A stretch of 64,000 nucleotides of DNA from an uncultured Candidatus Saccharibacteria bacterium (GCA_964532005.1 CAZHER010000001.1:55502-119501), one strand, 5' to 3'. Positions 49,997-59,945 are shown, counted from the stretch's first letter. The notes: generated by a model from the letters alone, not told the origin. Translations and numbers: made by a program.

Positions 49997-51667
49997 ATGT
50001 TTCGTAAAAGATCTTTTAGGGAGCGATTATGGGAGATTTTGCCAGGGCTTCAAATATGGACTGTTTTTATTGGCGCTATTCTTTTATCTTATTATAAGCC
50101 AGTATGGGCAGCTTCTTTTATCGTTTGTTTTGATCTATATTGGCTTTTGAAAGCAGTAAATGTCTCTTTGCATTTAATTGCCAGTTATAGAAAATTTAGA
50201 TTTTTTGTCACCATAGACTGGCTTGATTATGTTGAACGTTTGGCAAATTTGTCCGATTATACAAAATTTTTAAAGGAGCAGGAAAATAAAAGTTCTATTA
50301 AGCTCCAGCGCAACTATTTTAAGGAAGAAAGAGAGCGCCTGCTTTCCGGAATTGCCCGACCTCTAATTAAAACCGATTATAGAGATTATTACCATTTAGT
50401 AATAATTCCCTTTGTTGATGAAAGCTTCGAAGTTCTTCAATCCACTTTAGACTCCTTGACTAAGTCGCGATATCCAATGGACAGAATAATGGTAATTTTG
50501 GCTACTGAAGAACGAGCCGGCGAGCCTGCACAAGAGGTTGCGGCGAAGATTCGGGAAATATATGCAAAATATTTTTATAAATTTTTCGTAACAGTACACC
50601 CGGATGGGTTACCTGGCGAGATAAAAGGCAAGAGCGCCAATGCTAGCTATTCCGTGCAGTCGGTAATGCCTGACCTAGAAGCAGACGGCATAGCAATTGA
50701 TCAAGTTTTGGTTGCAAATTTTGACAGCGATACGGTAATTCATCCTCAATATTTTGCTCGAGTAATATACGAATTTTTAACTTCGGAAAAGCCTTACAGA
50801 CGCAGTTATCAGCCAATTACTATATACAACAACAATATTTGGGACAGCCCAGCATTTATCCGCGTGGTATCAGTTTCTAATTCGTTCTGGCAATTTACTG
50901 AAGGATCCCGACCTGATCGACTTCGTACTTTCTCCTCTCATTCCATGACCTTGCGGTCTTTGGTAGATGTAGGTTTTTGGAAAAAAGATTTGATTAATGA
51001 AGATGGGTATATTTTTTGGCAGTGTTATTTACGGTACGATGGTGATTATGCCGTTGTTCCCTTATTGATCCCGGTTTCCTTAGATACTTGTTTGGCCGAA
51101 ACTTTTTGGCAAACCTTGAAAAATCAGTACAAACAAAAAAGACGATGGGCTTACAATGTCGAATATTATCCCCATTTGGTTCCGAAACTTTTAAAAAGCA
51201 AGGCGCCACTTTTTGACCGGATGTATAAGCTATGGCAATACGTAGAAGGTGATTTTAACTGGGCTGCTGCCAGTGTATTGATTTCTATTTTGGGGTGGCT
51301 TCCTTTAATGATTGGAGGACAGGAATTTTTACAAAGCGTCGTTGCTTTTAATTTACCACTGGTCACTAAAACTTTAATGACCACCGCAACCTTGTTTTTG
51401 ATAGCCAGTGTTTACATTAATTTAATCTTACTGCCGCCCCGACCTAAGAAATACGGAATTAGTAGGAGTATAATGATGTATTTACAATGGTTTTTGGTAC
51501 CAATTGTATCGGTTGTTTTTGGTAGTTTGCCTGCAATTGAAGCTCAGACACGGCTGATGCTCGGGTTTTACCTGGAATTTTTTGTGACTCCCAAAGCTCG
51601 CAAAGGTGAAAATACCGCATTGCAAATGAAGGAAATGCAAACTTCAGCCCCAGTAAAAGGAAACTAA
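49997..51667 (+). CDS. Membrane-embedded family 2 glycosyltransferase
   Basis: GEIKGKSAN, DSD, ED, QKRRW (QxxRW), flanking TM helices. Confidence 0.85.
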   Translation: MFRKRSFRERLWEILPGLQIWTVFIGAILLSYYKPVWAASFIVCFDLYWLLKAVNVSLHLIASYRKFRFFVTIDWLDYVERLANLSDYTKFLKEQENKSSIKLQRNYFKEERERLLSGIARPLIKTDYRDYYHLVIIPFVDESFEVLQSTLDSLTKSRYPMDRIMVILATEERAGEPAQEVAAKIREIYAKYFYKFFVTVHPDGLPGEIKGKSANASYSVQSVMPDLEADGIAIDQVLVANFDSDTVIHPQYFARVIYEFLTSEKPYRRSYQPITIYNNNIWDSPAFIRVVSVSNSFWQFTEGSRPDRLRTFSSHSMTLRSLVDVGFWKKDLINEDGYIFWQCYLRYDGDYAVVPLLIPVSLDTCLAETFWQTLKNQYKQKRRWAYNVEYYPHLVPKLLKSKAPLFDRMYKLWQYVEGDFNWAAASVLISILGWLPLMIGGQEFLQSVVAFNLPLVTKTLMTTATLFLIASVYINLILLPPRPKKYGISRSIMMYLQWFLVPIVSVVFGSLPAIEAQTRLMLGFYLEFFVTPKARKGENTALQMKEMQTSAPVKGN

Positions 51668-51674
51668 GATTTTG

Positions 51675-52754
51675 ATGTCAATACATTATTTAACCTATTT
51701 TTTTATAGCTCTGGCCTCAGCATTGGTTATAACACCACTAGTTCGTTTTTTAGCTGTGCGTTTGAGGTGTGTAGATATTCCCAGACCGCCACGGAACTTA
51801 CATTCCCGCCCAATTCCCAAGCTTGGTGGACTAGCACTGTTTATTGCTTTTGTTTTGTCGTTGTGTGCATATCTGGTGTATGGCAACCCCGATTTTAATA
51901 TTATCCCTTTAAAGTTTTTTGTCGCAATTATTGGCGGTGCAGCAGTCCTTATGATAGGAGGTTATTTGGATGACAGATATGATTTGTCCGCAAAGTATCT
52001 ATGGATTTTTCCTGCACTAGCATCGCTGGTAGGTGTGTATGCCGGTATTGGGGTAGGTATCACATTTATTACCAACCCATTTGGTGCGCCGATTTCTCTA
52101 GATTTCGGAGTGCTCGGAATACCAGCATCGGCAGTTTTTGTCTGGTTTTGGATGGTTGGAATGATGTTTACTACAAAATTTTTAGATGGTATAGACGGTT
52201 TGACTGGAGGGATTTCCTTCATTGCAGGGTTTGCTTTGTTTTTACTTTCGCTCGGTCCAACAGTTAACCAACCCATGACAGCAACTTTAGCAATTATATT
52301 TTGCGGAGCTTTGCTTGGTTACCTGGTCTATAGTTTTTATCCCGCAACTATTTTTTTCGGAGAGGGCGGCAGTACCCTAACCGGTTTTATCCTCGGGGCA
52401 TTGTCTATAATTTTAGGAGGAAAAATTGCCACCGCGCTTTTGGTTATGGGTATTCCTATTCTCGATGTGGCTTGGGTAATTACCCAGCGTATTTTTAGGG
52501 GTAAAAGCCCTTTTAAAGGAGATCGACTGCATTTGCATTTTCGTTTGTTGGATTTAGGGTTTTCCCAGCGCCAAACAGTTTTAATATTATACGCAATATC
52601 CGCTTTGTTTGGACTGACTGCAGTTTATTTGCAAAGCTTCGGTAAGCTAGTTGCGCTTTTGATTCTATTCACAGTAATGGTGGCGCTTGGCGTGGCAGTT
52701 GTTTCTTTGTACAAAAGGAGAGAGAATGCAAAGCCGATCCAAAAACCGGATTGA
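51675..52754 (+). CDS. Undecaprenyl-phosphate HexNAc-1-phosphate transferase (WecA/TagO, MraY family)
   Basis: PKLGG, GYLDD, FLDGIDGL, IFFGEGGS, HLHFRL. Confidence 0.9.
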   Translation: MSIHYLTYFFIALASALVITPLVRFLAVRLRCVDIPRPPRNLHSRPIPKLGGLALFIAFVLSLCAYLVYGNPDFNIIPLKFFVAIIGGAAVLMIGGYLDDRYDLSAKYLWIFPALASLVGVYAGIGVGITFITNPFGAPISLDFGVLGIPASAVFVWFWMVGMMFTTKFLDGIDGLTGGISFIAGFALFLLSLGPTVNQPMTATLAIIFCGALLGYLVYSFYPATIFFGEGGSTLTGFILGALSIILGGKIATALLVMGIPILDVAWVITQRIFRGKSPFKGDRLHLHFRLLDLGFSQRQTVLILYAISALFGLTAVYLQSFGKLVALLILFTVMVALGVAVVSLYKRRENAKPIQKPD

Positions 52755-52779
52755 CAAAATTAAAATTTTTTGAGATAAT
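52751..52779 (+). promoter_or_regulatory. sigma70 promoter
   Basis: TTGACA-17-GATAAT with TG extension. Confidence 0.7.
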
Positions 52780-52847
52780 GCCACACGGTAATTCCTATTC
52801 AGGGATTTTATTTTGCCCACGGGCATAAAACTAGGAGGATAAACAAA

Positions 52848-53192
52848 GTGGCAAAGAAAGTTGCCAAGAGTGCAAAGAAAAAAGTTCTTGCAGTAAAAAT
52901 TGAGCAACCCCCGACAATCTGCAAGGAACTGAAAATACAGGTTTACGCCCTGAATTGGATACGTGTAGAACGCCTGTTTCGCAAGAACAGCCATAGCCCA
53001 AAGGCAGAGTGGAAAGGAAAGAATATTTCCATTTTGGCAATTGAAGGTTATGGTCGCCGCCGCGACAGAATCAGACAGGATAAAACCATCACAGAGTCAG
53101 TCCGCCGAGCTAAGATCTACGATCTAGAGAAAGCCCTGGACCGGTTTGTGATAAACTACACCTGCTATATGGGCAAGTTAATCTGTAAGTAG
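52848..53192 (+). CDS. Orphan basic protein
   Basis: GTG start with AGGAGG SD; own promoter and terminator (53205-53243). Confidence 0.7.
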   Translation: MAKKVAKSAKKKVLAVKIEQPPTICKELKIQVYALNWIRVERLFRKNSHSPKAEWKGKNISILAIEGYGRRRDRIRQDKTITESVRRAKIYDLEKALDRFVINYTCYMGKLICK

Positions 53193-53311
53193 CAACCTCA
53201 TTTCAGCGCCGGAGAACCCTCAATTCCCCGGCGCTTGTGTTTTATTGACATTTATTGGTATTTTTGGTAGAATTATTCAGTATTTATTTAAATAATCTTT
53301 ATATATAAATT

Positions 53312-53617
53312 ATGATCGCAATTATACAGACTGGCGGAAAGCAGTATTTGGTTTCCAAAGGAGATAAAATTCAGGTAGAAAAGTTGGCAGGGGAAAAGGA
53401 CACTGTTTTGATCTTTGATAAAGTGTTGGCTACTTTTGACGGTAGCAAATATCAGCTGGGAAAACCTTTTCTAGATGGAGCTAAAGTTGAAGGCAAAGTG
53501 TTAAGCCAGGGTCGTGGCGACAAGATCCGCGTTTTCAAGTATAAGGCTAAAAGCAAATATCGACGCACCCAAGGACATCGCCAGAGCTATACCGAAGTAG
53601 AAATTACTAAAATTTAG
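53312..53617 (+). CDS. rplU: 50S ribosomal protein L21
   Basis: TGGKQY, GHRQSYT; promoter TTGACA-17-TAGAAT at 53245-53273. Confidence 0.97.
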   Translation: MIAIIQTGGKQYLVSKGDKIQVEKLAGEKDTVLIFDKVLATFDGSKYQLGKPFLDGAKVEGKVLSQGRGDKIRVFKYKAKSKYRRTQGHRQSYTEVEITKI

Positions 53618-53628
53618 TTCTAGATTTC

Positions 53629-53693
53629 AAAACCCGCAACGGTGGGTTTTAAATTTACCCAATACAAAGACCTCCTGAATAAGGAGGTCTTTG
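53629..53693. terminator. Two adjacent terminator hairpins between convergent genes
   Basis: aaaacccgc..gtgggtttt and acaaagacctcct..aggaggtctttgt. Confidence 0.75.
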
Positions 53694-53694
53694 T

Positions 53695-54600
53695 TTACTT
53701 GCTAATAGACTTGTCGGTTTTAAAATGGTTCACAACCAGCTTCAACCAATATCTAGACCAGATTCCCAAATATACAAAAATAGTCATCAGAAGATTGGAC
53801 TTATGTCTGTAATGTTTATTGTAGTAGATCCACATGGCGTTGTGAAAATGGTATAGTGCAAATTTGGAAGCCTTTTTAGAAGACTGGCCTTTGTAGTGGT
53901 AGGAATAAGTTTTAGGGTAGTACCAAATTTTGTATCCTGCTTTGCGAGTTCTGTAGCAAAGATCTACATCTTCGCCGTACATAAAAAAATCTTCATCAAA
54001 TCCGCCAACTCTGCGGTAGCATTCGCGGGATATCATCATATATGCTCCAACAATGCAGTCAACTTGAGTTTCTTGGTCAACGTGTTTGTTTAGCACATTG
54101 TAAGCCCCAAACTTTTTCGGAAATAAATATTGCAATCCCGATAGTCTGTAGAAAGCAACTTTTGGGTTTGGTTCGCTACGTCTGGAGGCCCAGTCAATTT
54201 CTCCGTTGGCTTTAATGAGCTTACAGGAGGACATACCAATATTGGGATGGGCTTTCATGAAATCAACCATAACCTGGAAGATGTCTTCGGCAAGTTTTGT
54301 GTCTGGGTTCAATAGCAATAGGTAGTCGCCTTTAGCTATTGCCATCCCTTTGTTATTGCCTTTGCCAAACCCTTCATTTGTATTTTCAATAAGGGTAGTT
54401 TTTTCAGCAATTTCAGGGTTGCTTAAATACTGTTCGCGAATCATTTCTAGCGTTCCGTCGCGCGAGTCATTGTCCACTATTATTACTTCATAATTGTATT
54501 GTGTTTTAGACGCATAGACAGCATCCAAAGTGACGCGCATTTCGTCTTTAGCGCGGTAGGGAACTATGATAATTGACAGGTCGATATGTTTTGGATCCAT
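53695..54600 (-). CDS. Family 2 glycosyltransferase (WbbL/rhamnosyltransferase-like)
   Basis: VDNDSRD, LLLNPD, GFDEDFFMYGEDVDLC. Confidence 0.88.
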   Translation of the reverse strand: MDPKHIDLSIIIVPYRAKDEMRVTLDAVYASKTQYNYEVIIVDNDSRDGTLEMIREQYLSNPEIAEKTTLIENTNEGFGKGNNKGMAIAKGDYLLLLNPDTKLAEDIFQVMVDFMKAHPNIGMSSCKLIKANGEIDWASRRSEPNPKVAFYRLSGLQYLFPKKFGAYNVLNKHVDQETQVDCIVGAYMMISRECYRRVGGFDEDFFMYGEDVDLCYRTRKAGYKIWYYPKTYSYHYKGQSSKKASKFALYHFHNAMWIYYNKHYRHKSNLLMTIFVYLGIWSRYWLKLVVNHFKTDKSISK

Positions 54601-54615
54601 AACAGTAATTTAATA

Positions 54616-55617
54616 TTATGTAAATAATTTGGCTAATTCAGTTTTTGAAATTTTACGGTTTTGGGCTATGGCTTTTCTTTTTCTCCACATTACCGGAAGT
54701 TGCTTGAGCATTTCCGGTATGGCAGCCAAAGTTGAAGTTTCAAAAAATAAAATAAATGCATGCATTGCCAGTTCTCGGATGAAGAATTGTGGATAAAACC
54801 AAGGCGTATTTTTTAAAAACAGGAATATATGGTTTTTATAGTTTAGTTTGCGCACCCGCGGATTTATGGATTTGTGAAATTTTAGGAATGAGAAAAATTT
54901 TTTATACCCACCTGGGCTGGAGCCAGCGGCGCGGCCATGGTAGGCCACGGCTTTGGGAACAAAAGCACATTTCCATCCAGCATTTGTCATACGAAAACCT
55001 AGGTCCACATCTTCCCAGTAAGAATGAAAATCTTCGTCATAGTATTCAAACCGGCCGTCCTCGCGCTTGAATTTCACATCTTCCAAAGCTGACTTTCGAT
55101 ACATTGGACCTGCTCCAGATACTGCAACTACAGAAATTTGGTTGTCATACTGGCCATCATCAACTTCATGTTGTCCTCTGTCCCGTCCGCGGCCCGATTT
55201 AGAATACACAACACCAGTGGTATCTATTATATTTAGAGGTTTATTGTTTTCAAAATCATAACGCAGAAGTTTGCCGGTTGCAGCCCCGACCTTAGGGTCT
55301 GCCCCGAACACTTTTAGCATTTCTTCTACGTATGTTGGTGTCATTATCAGGTCCGGATTAACCAGTTGGAAGAATTCAGAATTACTTTGTGCAAAATATT
55401 CATTGTGCCCGCGCGAGAAACCTATGTTGTATCCAGGGTCTATTATCTTTACCTGTGGAAAATGTTCTTTTATGTATTCTTTGCTGTTGTCGTCATTTCC
55501 AGCAATAACTGCAACGAATTCCGTGTCTTTGTAGGTTTGGTTGAGAGCTGCGGTAAAGACCGGCTGAATAAATTTTATACTGTTATACACAACTTGTATT
55601 AAGGTAACTCTGGGCAT
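54616..55617 (-). CDS. Family 2 glycosyltransferase
   Basis: NIGFSRGHN, VNPD, DEDFHSYWEDVDL. Confidence 0.88.
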   Translation of the reverse strand: MPRVTLIQVVYNSIKFIQPVFTAALNQTYKDTEFVAVIAGNDDNSKEYIKEHFPQVKIIDPGYNIGFSRGHNEYFAQSNSEFFQLVNPDLIMTPTYVEEMLKVFGADPKVGAATGKLLRYDFENNKPLNIIDTTGVVYSKSGRGRDRGQHEVDDGQYDNQISVVAVSGAGPMYRKSALEDVKFKREDGRFEYYDEDFHSYWEDVDLGFRMTNAGWKCAFVPKAVAYHGRAAGSSPGGYKKFFSFLKFHKSINPRVRKLNYKNHIFLFLKNTPWFYPQFFIRELAMHAFILFFETSTLAAIPEMLKQLPVMWRKRKAIAQNRKISKTELAKLFT

Positions 55618-55656
55618 AAAAATACTTAATTTAGCTTAATTATAGCAAAATTTGAC

Positions 55657-55698
55657 TCAAAAAAAAGCAGGACAAACTGTGGGAGTTTGTCCGTACTT
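55657..55698 (-). terminator. Intrinsic terminator of dehydratase gene
   Basis: ggacaaact..agtttgtcc stem with A run on plus strand. Confidence 0.75.
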
Positions 55699-55725
55699 TA
55701 CCTGCTTTGTGCAGCATGAAATCAA

Positions 55726-56361
55726 TCAGACGCGGAACAGGGCAAATGCCAAGCATTCTGCAAGGTGTGGGTTGACATCGCCTTTGGTAAGAGCGATGTA
55801 CAGGTCGGCGAACGAAGCCCAAAATTCGTTATTGAGATTGCCGCCCTTGTAGGCATTAACCTCTTTTTTCTTGTATAGAACGCCGATCCGATTGGTTTTG
55901 TTGTGGTAACGCCCGCCATCTGCAGGCATAATACCCCAACTCACCCATTCGTTCCCATAGAGTTCTGCTCGCGGTGGCAGTTTGCCACCATGTGCTGCTC
56001 TCAAGTTGCTTTCGCTTGCCTGAAGAGTTGGACCAAGCAGAATGTGGTTTTTGTCGTAAGGGTTTCCCGGCTCTTCACGGGCGGTTACCAGACAGTGATG
56101 CCCATCTGTTACGAGAACCAGCACCCCTGGACCAGTCGTATCTTCCAGCATCGGCTGGTTCCACTCTGCAACTTCTCGGCTCCCGGTCTGGACATAAAAC
56201 CCTGCCAAGCGGAAAAACTTTCCATCGCTTCGGCTGTATTCCCACCGTCCGTCGTTGTTTCTGTATGCCCACGGCTCAATACCATCGAGCGAGCCTGGGC
56301 TTACAACCATTGTTGAATTGGCTCTTTGTTCTTCGAGCCATTTTTCCAATTGTGTTTTCAT
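55726..56361 (-). CDS. NDP-hexose 2,3-dehydratase family protein, single domain
   Basis: 'DGKFFRLAG', 'W.QPML', 'EPGN', 'GPTLQA..SN', 'DGGRY..K.N' match EvaA/OleV-type motifs; start ATG 56361 or TTG 56382. Confidence 0.8.
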   Translation of the reverse strand: MKTQLEKWLEEQRANSTMVVSPGSLDGIEPWAYRNNDGRWEYSRSDGKFFRLAGFYVQTGSREVAEWNQPMLEDTTGPGVLVLVTDGHHCLVTAREEPGNPYDKNHILLGPTLQASESNLRAAHGGKLPPRAELYGNEWVSWGIMPADGGRYHNKTNRIGVLYKKKEVNAYKGGNLNNEFWASFADLYIALTKGDVNPHLAECLAFALFRV

Positions 56362-56463
56362 TATTACTGCAATTTCCTCCAAATGTTCTTTGTATTTACT
56401 TTACCCAAACCAAACTCAGGCTTGGGTTAAGCAGGCAGTTTTAAAAAGCAAAACTGGCTAAAA

Positions 56464-56492
56464 ATTATCTCACAAAATATCTGTTTTGTCAA
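56464..56492 (-). promoter_or_regulatory. sigma70 promoter of dehydratase cassette
   Basis: Reverse complement TTGACA-17-GATAAT with TG extension. Confidence 0.7.
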
Positions 56493-56550
56493 CTCTGTGA
56501 GTCGTAGTTGTTGGTTAAAATAAATCTAAAATCTTGCTATAATTAACATT

Positions 56551-57567
56551 ATGAAATTACTTGTTACCGGTGCAGCCGGATTCATTGGTTCAAATTTTGC
56601 AAGGTATTGGGCAGAAAATTATCCTCAAGACGAAATGGTGGTTTTAGACAAGCTTACCTATGCAGGCAATCGCGCCAATCTAGAACCACAACCCCAAAAT
56701 CATACTTTTATTGAAGGCGATATTGCCGACGAAGCCATTGTAAGAAGGGCCATGCAAGGTTGTGATACTGTAGTCCATTTTGCCGCCGAAAGTCATGTCG
56801 ACCGAAGTATTACCGATCCTTATGTTTTTACGCGCACCAATGTGCTCGGAACCAATGTTTTACTCGAAGTAGCCAGACAGCTAGGTGTTAAAAGATTTCA
56901 TCATGTTTCAACCGATGAAGTTTTTGGAGCGATTCCTTTGGACCAAGCAGTTAAATTTAACGAAACCACCCCATACGACCCGAGCAGCGCTTACTCTGCC
57001 AGTAAAGCAGGAAGCGACCATTTAGTGCGTGCATATAGCAGAACATATGGTTTACCAGTTACCATAAGCAACTGTACTAACAATTATGGTCCTTACATGT
57101 ATCCAGAAAAATTTATACCGCGATCCATTATCCGGTTGCTTAATGGAGAAAATGTTCGATTGTATGCTCCAGGAAATCAAGTTCGCGACTGGTTGTTTGT
57201 CCGTGACCACTGTCGGGCCATTGACTTGATTTTGCAAAAAGGAAAAGTTGGTGAAACTTACTGCATCGGCGGGATGACCCAAGAAATTACCAACAAGCAA
57301 GTGGCAGAAACTATTATTCGTCTCATGGGTTTGCCAGAAAACAGGCTGGAAATGATTACCGACCGTCCTGGTCATGACGAAAAATATGCGTTGGACTGGA
57401 GCAAAATTAACACCGAACTTGATTGGAAACCAGAATACGACTTTGAGGCCGGCCTCAAAGAAACAATAGGTTGGTACACTAATAACCGCCAATGGTGGGA
57501 AGAAACTGCCCGAGAAAGCGAACAGTTTTACCAGAAAAAAGGCGAAGCTGTTATAGAACAAAAATAA
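56551..57567 (+). CDS. rfbB: dTDP-glucose 4,6-dehydratase
   Basis: TGAAGFIGSN, DKLTYAG, AAESHVDRSI, STDEV, YSASK. Confidence 0.97.
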   Translation: MKLLVTGAAGFIGSNFARYWAENYPQDEMVVLDKLTYAGNRANLEPQPQNHTFIEGDIADEAIVRRAMQGCDTVVHFAAESHVDRSITDPYVFTRTNVLGTNVLLEVARQLGVKRFHHVSTDEVFGAIPLDQAVKFNETTPYDPSSAYSASKAGSDHLVRAYSRTYGLPVTISNCTNNYGPYMYPEKFIPRSIIRLLNGENVRLYAPGNQVRDWLFVRDHCRAIDLILQKGKVGETYCIGGMTQEITNKQVAETIIRLMGLPENRLEMITDRPGHDEKYALDWSKINTELDWKPEYDFEAGLKETIGWYTNNRQWWEETARESEQFYQKKGEAVIEQK

Positions 57568-57577
57568 TTTTTTAGAA

Positions 57578-58144
57578 ATGAAAGAAGAAAATTCACAACC
57601 GGAAGATTTTATTACCAACACCGAACTTCAAGATGTATTGGTAATTTCCAGGCCAACATTTCCAGATGACCGCGGATTTTTCCGTGAGTCTTTCCGCAAA
57701 GCCGACTTGGAAGCCCGTCTAGGGGAAGCGGTGGAATTTGTTCAGGCCAACCATTCAAGGTCAGTAAAAAATACTTTGCGCGGGGTTCATATTGCTCCAT
57801 GGCATAAACTGGTAAGTGTAACGCGAGGTGAAGTGCAGGCGGTAATTGTAGATGCCCGTCCAGACTCACCGACTTTTGGCAAACATTTTTCTTTGGTGAT
57901 AGGCGACTCTAACCGGTCTTCGATATTTATTCCAGCTGGGTGTGGCAACTCATTTGCAGTTTTAAGCGACGAAGCAGACTATACATATTTAACAACTGAC
58001 TATTGGGCTCCAGGAAAAGAGCACAGCGTAAAATATAATGATCCAGACTTGGCAATACCTTGGCAAATCACAGAGCCCGTTGTGTCTGACCGCGACCAGT
58101 CATGCCCGTCTTTGCGCGAAGTATATCCCGATAAATTCAAATAA
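57578..58144 (+). CDS. rfbC: dTDP-4-dehydrorhamnose 3,5-epimerase
   Basis: DDRGFF.E, Q.NHS.S, LRGVH, DSPTFG, DPDLAIPW. Confidence 0.95.
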   Translation: MKEENSQPEDFITNTELQDVLVISRPTFPDDRGFFRESFRKADLEARLGEAVEFVQANHSRSVKNTLRGVHIAPWHKLVSVTRGEVQAVIVDARPDSPTFGKHFSLVIGDSNRSSIFIPAGCGNSFAVLSDEADYTYLTTDYWAPGKEHSVKYNDPDLAIPWQITEPVVSDRDQSCPSLREVYPDKFK

Positions 58145-58148
58145 ACTA

Positions 58149-59072
58149 ATGAATAAAATTTCCGAAACAGGAGACAATTCTGTAATTTTGGGAGCTCATG
58201 GGACTTTGGGGCAGCAGCTGGCCAAAGTTTTTCCCAAAGCCTTGACTTTTGATCGGGCCGAGCTTGATGTAACCGATTTTTCAGCAGTGCGCGAAAAACT
58301 TTCCACAATCCCAAACTTGGCAACTGTTTTTAACTGTGTTGCATGGAATGATGTAGATGGTGCAGAAACCAATCGCGACGGAGCTTTTTTGTTAAATGAA
58401 ACTGTGCCTCGGTATTTAGCTGAAATATGTAAAGATTTAGGCGCCACACTTGTACATTACAGTACCGGCTTTGTTTTCGATGGCACAGAAGAAAGTTATA
58501 AAGAAGATGCACAGCCGAAGCCCCTTTCTGTCTACGCGGAGTCTAAATATAAAGGGGAACAGGCAGTAATAAATTCCGGAGCTGATTACTACTTAATTCG
58601 GACCAATGTTTTGTTTGGACCGAAGGGGAAAAGTGACGCCAGCAAACCGGCTTTTGTAGATATTATGATCGGCCTCAGCAAAAAAACCAACTTAATTAAA
58701 GTTGTGGAGGACGAAGTATATAGTATAACCTATGCTCCCGATCTGGCTTCAACAACTAAAAATTTGTTGCTCGAACAAAAGCCAGTAGGTGTTTATCATA
58801 TTGTAAACTCGGGTTATGCCAGTTGGTACGGCTTGGCCACGGAAATTTTTACAAAGCTCGGCTTTACCATTAGCACCACAGCTCCTGCCGAAGGCACGGA
58901 CACAACCCCCGATGGAAAGCATATTGCTTTATTGCCCGTTGCAGGAAAAGAATTTCCCCGACCGGCCAAGCGTCCTGCCAAAGTGGTTTTAGAAAACACC
59001 AAACTGCCCAGTTTGCGCATGTGGCAGGAAGCTTTGGCAGAATATTTATCAACTAACAATAGCAATTCTTAA
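58149..59072 (+). CDS. rfbD: dTDP-4-dehydrorhamnose reductase
   Basis: GAHGTLG, VDGAE, STGFVFDG, YAESK, AKRP; ATG 58149. Confidence 0.92.
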   Translation: MNKISETGDNSVILGAHGTLGQQLAKVFPKALTFDRAELDVTDFSAVREKLSTIPNLATVFNCVAWNDVDGAETNRDGAFLLNETVPRYLAEICKDLGATLVHYSTGFVFDGTEESYKEDAQPKPLSVYAESKYKGEQAVINSGADYYLIRTNVLFGPKGKSDASKPAFVDIMIGLSKKTNLIKVVEDEVYSITYAPDLASTTKNLLLEQKPVGVYHIVNSGYASWYGLATEIFTKLGFTISTTAPAEGTDTTPDGKHIALLPVAGKEFPRPAKRPAKVVLENTKLPSLRMWQEALAEYLSTNNSNS

Positions 59073-59077
59073 TTTTT

Positions 59078-59830
59078 ATGAAAGGCATCATTCTCTCTGG
59101 CGGTGCAGGCACCAGGTTATTCCCGCTCACCAAGGTAACTTCAAAACAACTTTTGCCGATTTATGACAAACCGATGATTTATTATCCATTGGAAAAGTTG
59201 ATAAACGCAGGGATAAAAGAAATTTTGATCATAGTTGCACCAGACCATTGCGGCGATTATATGCGCGTTTTAGGCAGTGGCAAAGATTTTGGTCCGGGCG
59301 TTCGTTTTACTTACGAAATTCAAGACAAGCCCGAAGGCCTAGCCCAGGCTTTTATAATTGCAGAAAACTTTTTGGATGATGGCGACAGCTCAACTTTAAT
59401 TTTAGGGGACAATATTTTTGATGATGAAATTGTTGATGCTGTAAAAAACTTTGAGTCTGGGGCAACAATCTTTGTCACTAAAGTCCCCAAGGAAGATTTA
59501 ACCAGATTAGGCAATGTTGTTTTAGACAAAGATTGGAATGTGTTGGACATAGAAGAGAAACCCAAAAACCCGCGGTCGCCTTATGCCCAGCCGGGGATTT
59601 ATATCTATGATAATCAGGTAGTGGAAGCGGCCAAAAGTTTGAAGCCATCGGCAAGGGGAGAACTGGAAATAACCGACTTAAATAATTGGTATCGAACCAA
59701 TAGCAAGTTGAAAGCAGTTGAACTAAAAGGAACTTGGATAGATGCCGGTACTATAGATGCATATTTTGAAGCCAATTCCTGGGCTTACAAAAAATCCAAA
59801 TCAGATTTGGCCGCTAAAGGCTTAAGCTAG
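59078..59830 (+). CDS. rfbA: Glucose-1-phosphate thymidylyltransferase (short form)
   Basis: GIILSGGAGTRL.P.T, KQLLPIYDKPMIYYP, EKP, SARGELEITD. Confidence 0.95.
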   Translation: MKGIILSGGAGTRLFPLTKVTSKQLLPIYDKPMIYYPLEKLINAGIKEILIIVAPDHCGDYMRVLGSGKDFGPGVRFTYEIQDKPEGLAQAFIIAENFLDDGDSSTLILGDNIFDDEIVDAVKNFESGATIFVTKVPKEDLTRLGNVVLDKDWNVLDIEEKPKNPRSPYAQPGIYIYDNQVVEAAKSLKPSARGELEITDLNNWYRTNSKLKAVELKGTWIDAGTIDAYFEANSWAYKKSKSDLAAKGLS

Positions 59831-59865
59831 AAAAAACCCCCAAAAATAGGGTATTAACCAAGGAC

Positions 59866-59915
59866 TTGACAAAAAGTCATTTTTGTGTTAATATATAAAG
59901 TCATATAAAAATGAC
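59866..59915 (+). promoter_or_regulatory. sigma70 promoter with possible operator
   Basis: TTGACA-17-TAATAT; GTCAT-N6-ATGAC palindrome at 59900-59915. Confidence 0.55.
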
Positions 59916-59945
59916 ACTTATAAATTACCCATTATATTAAATTTT

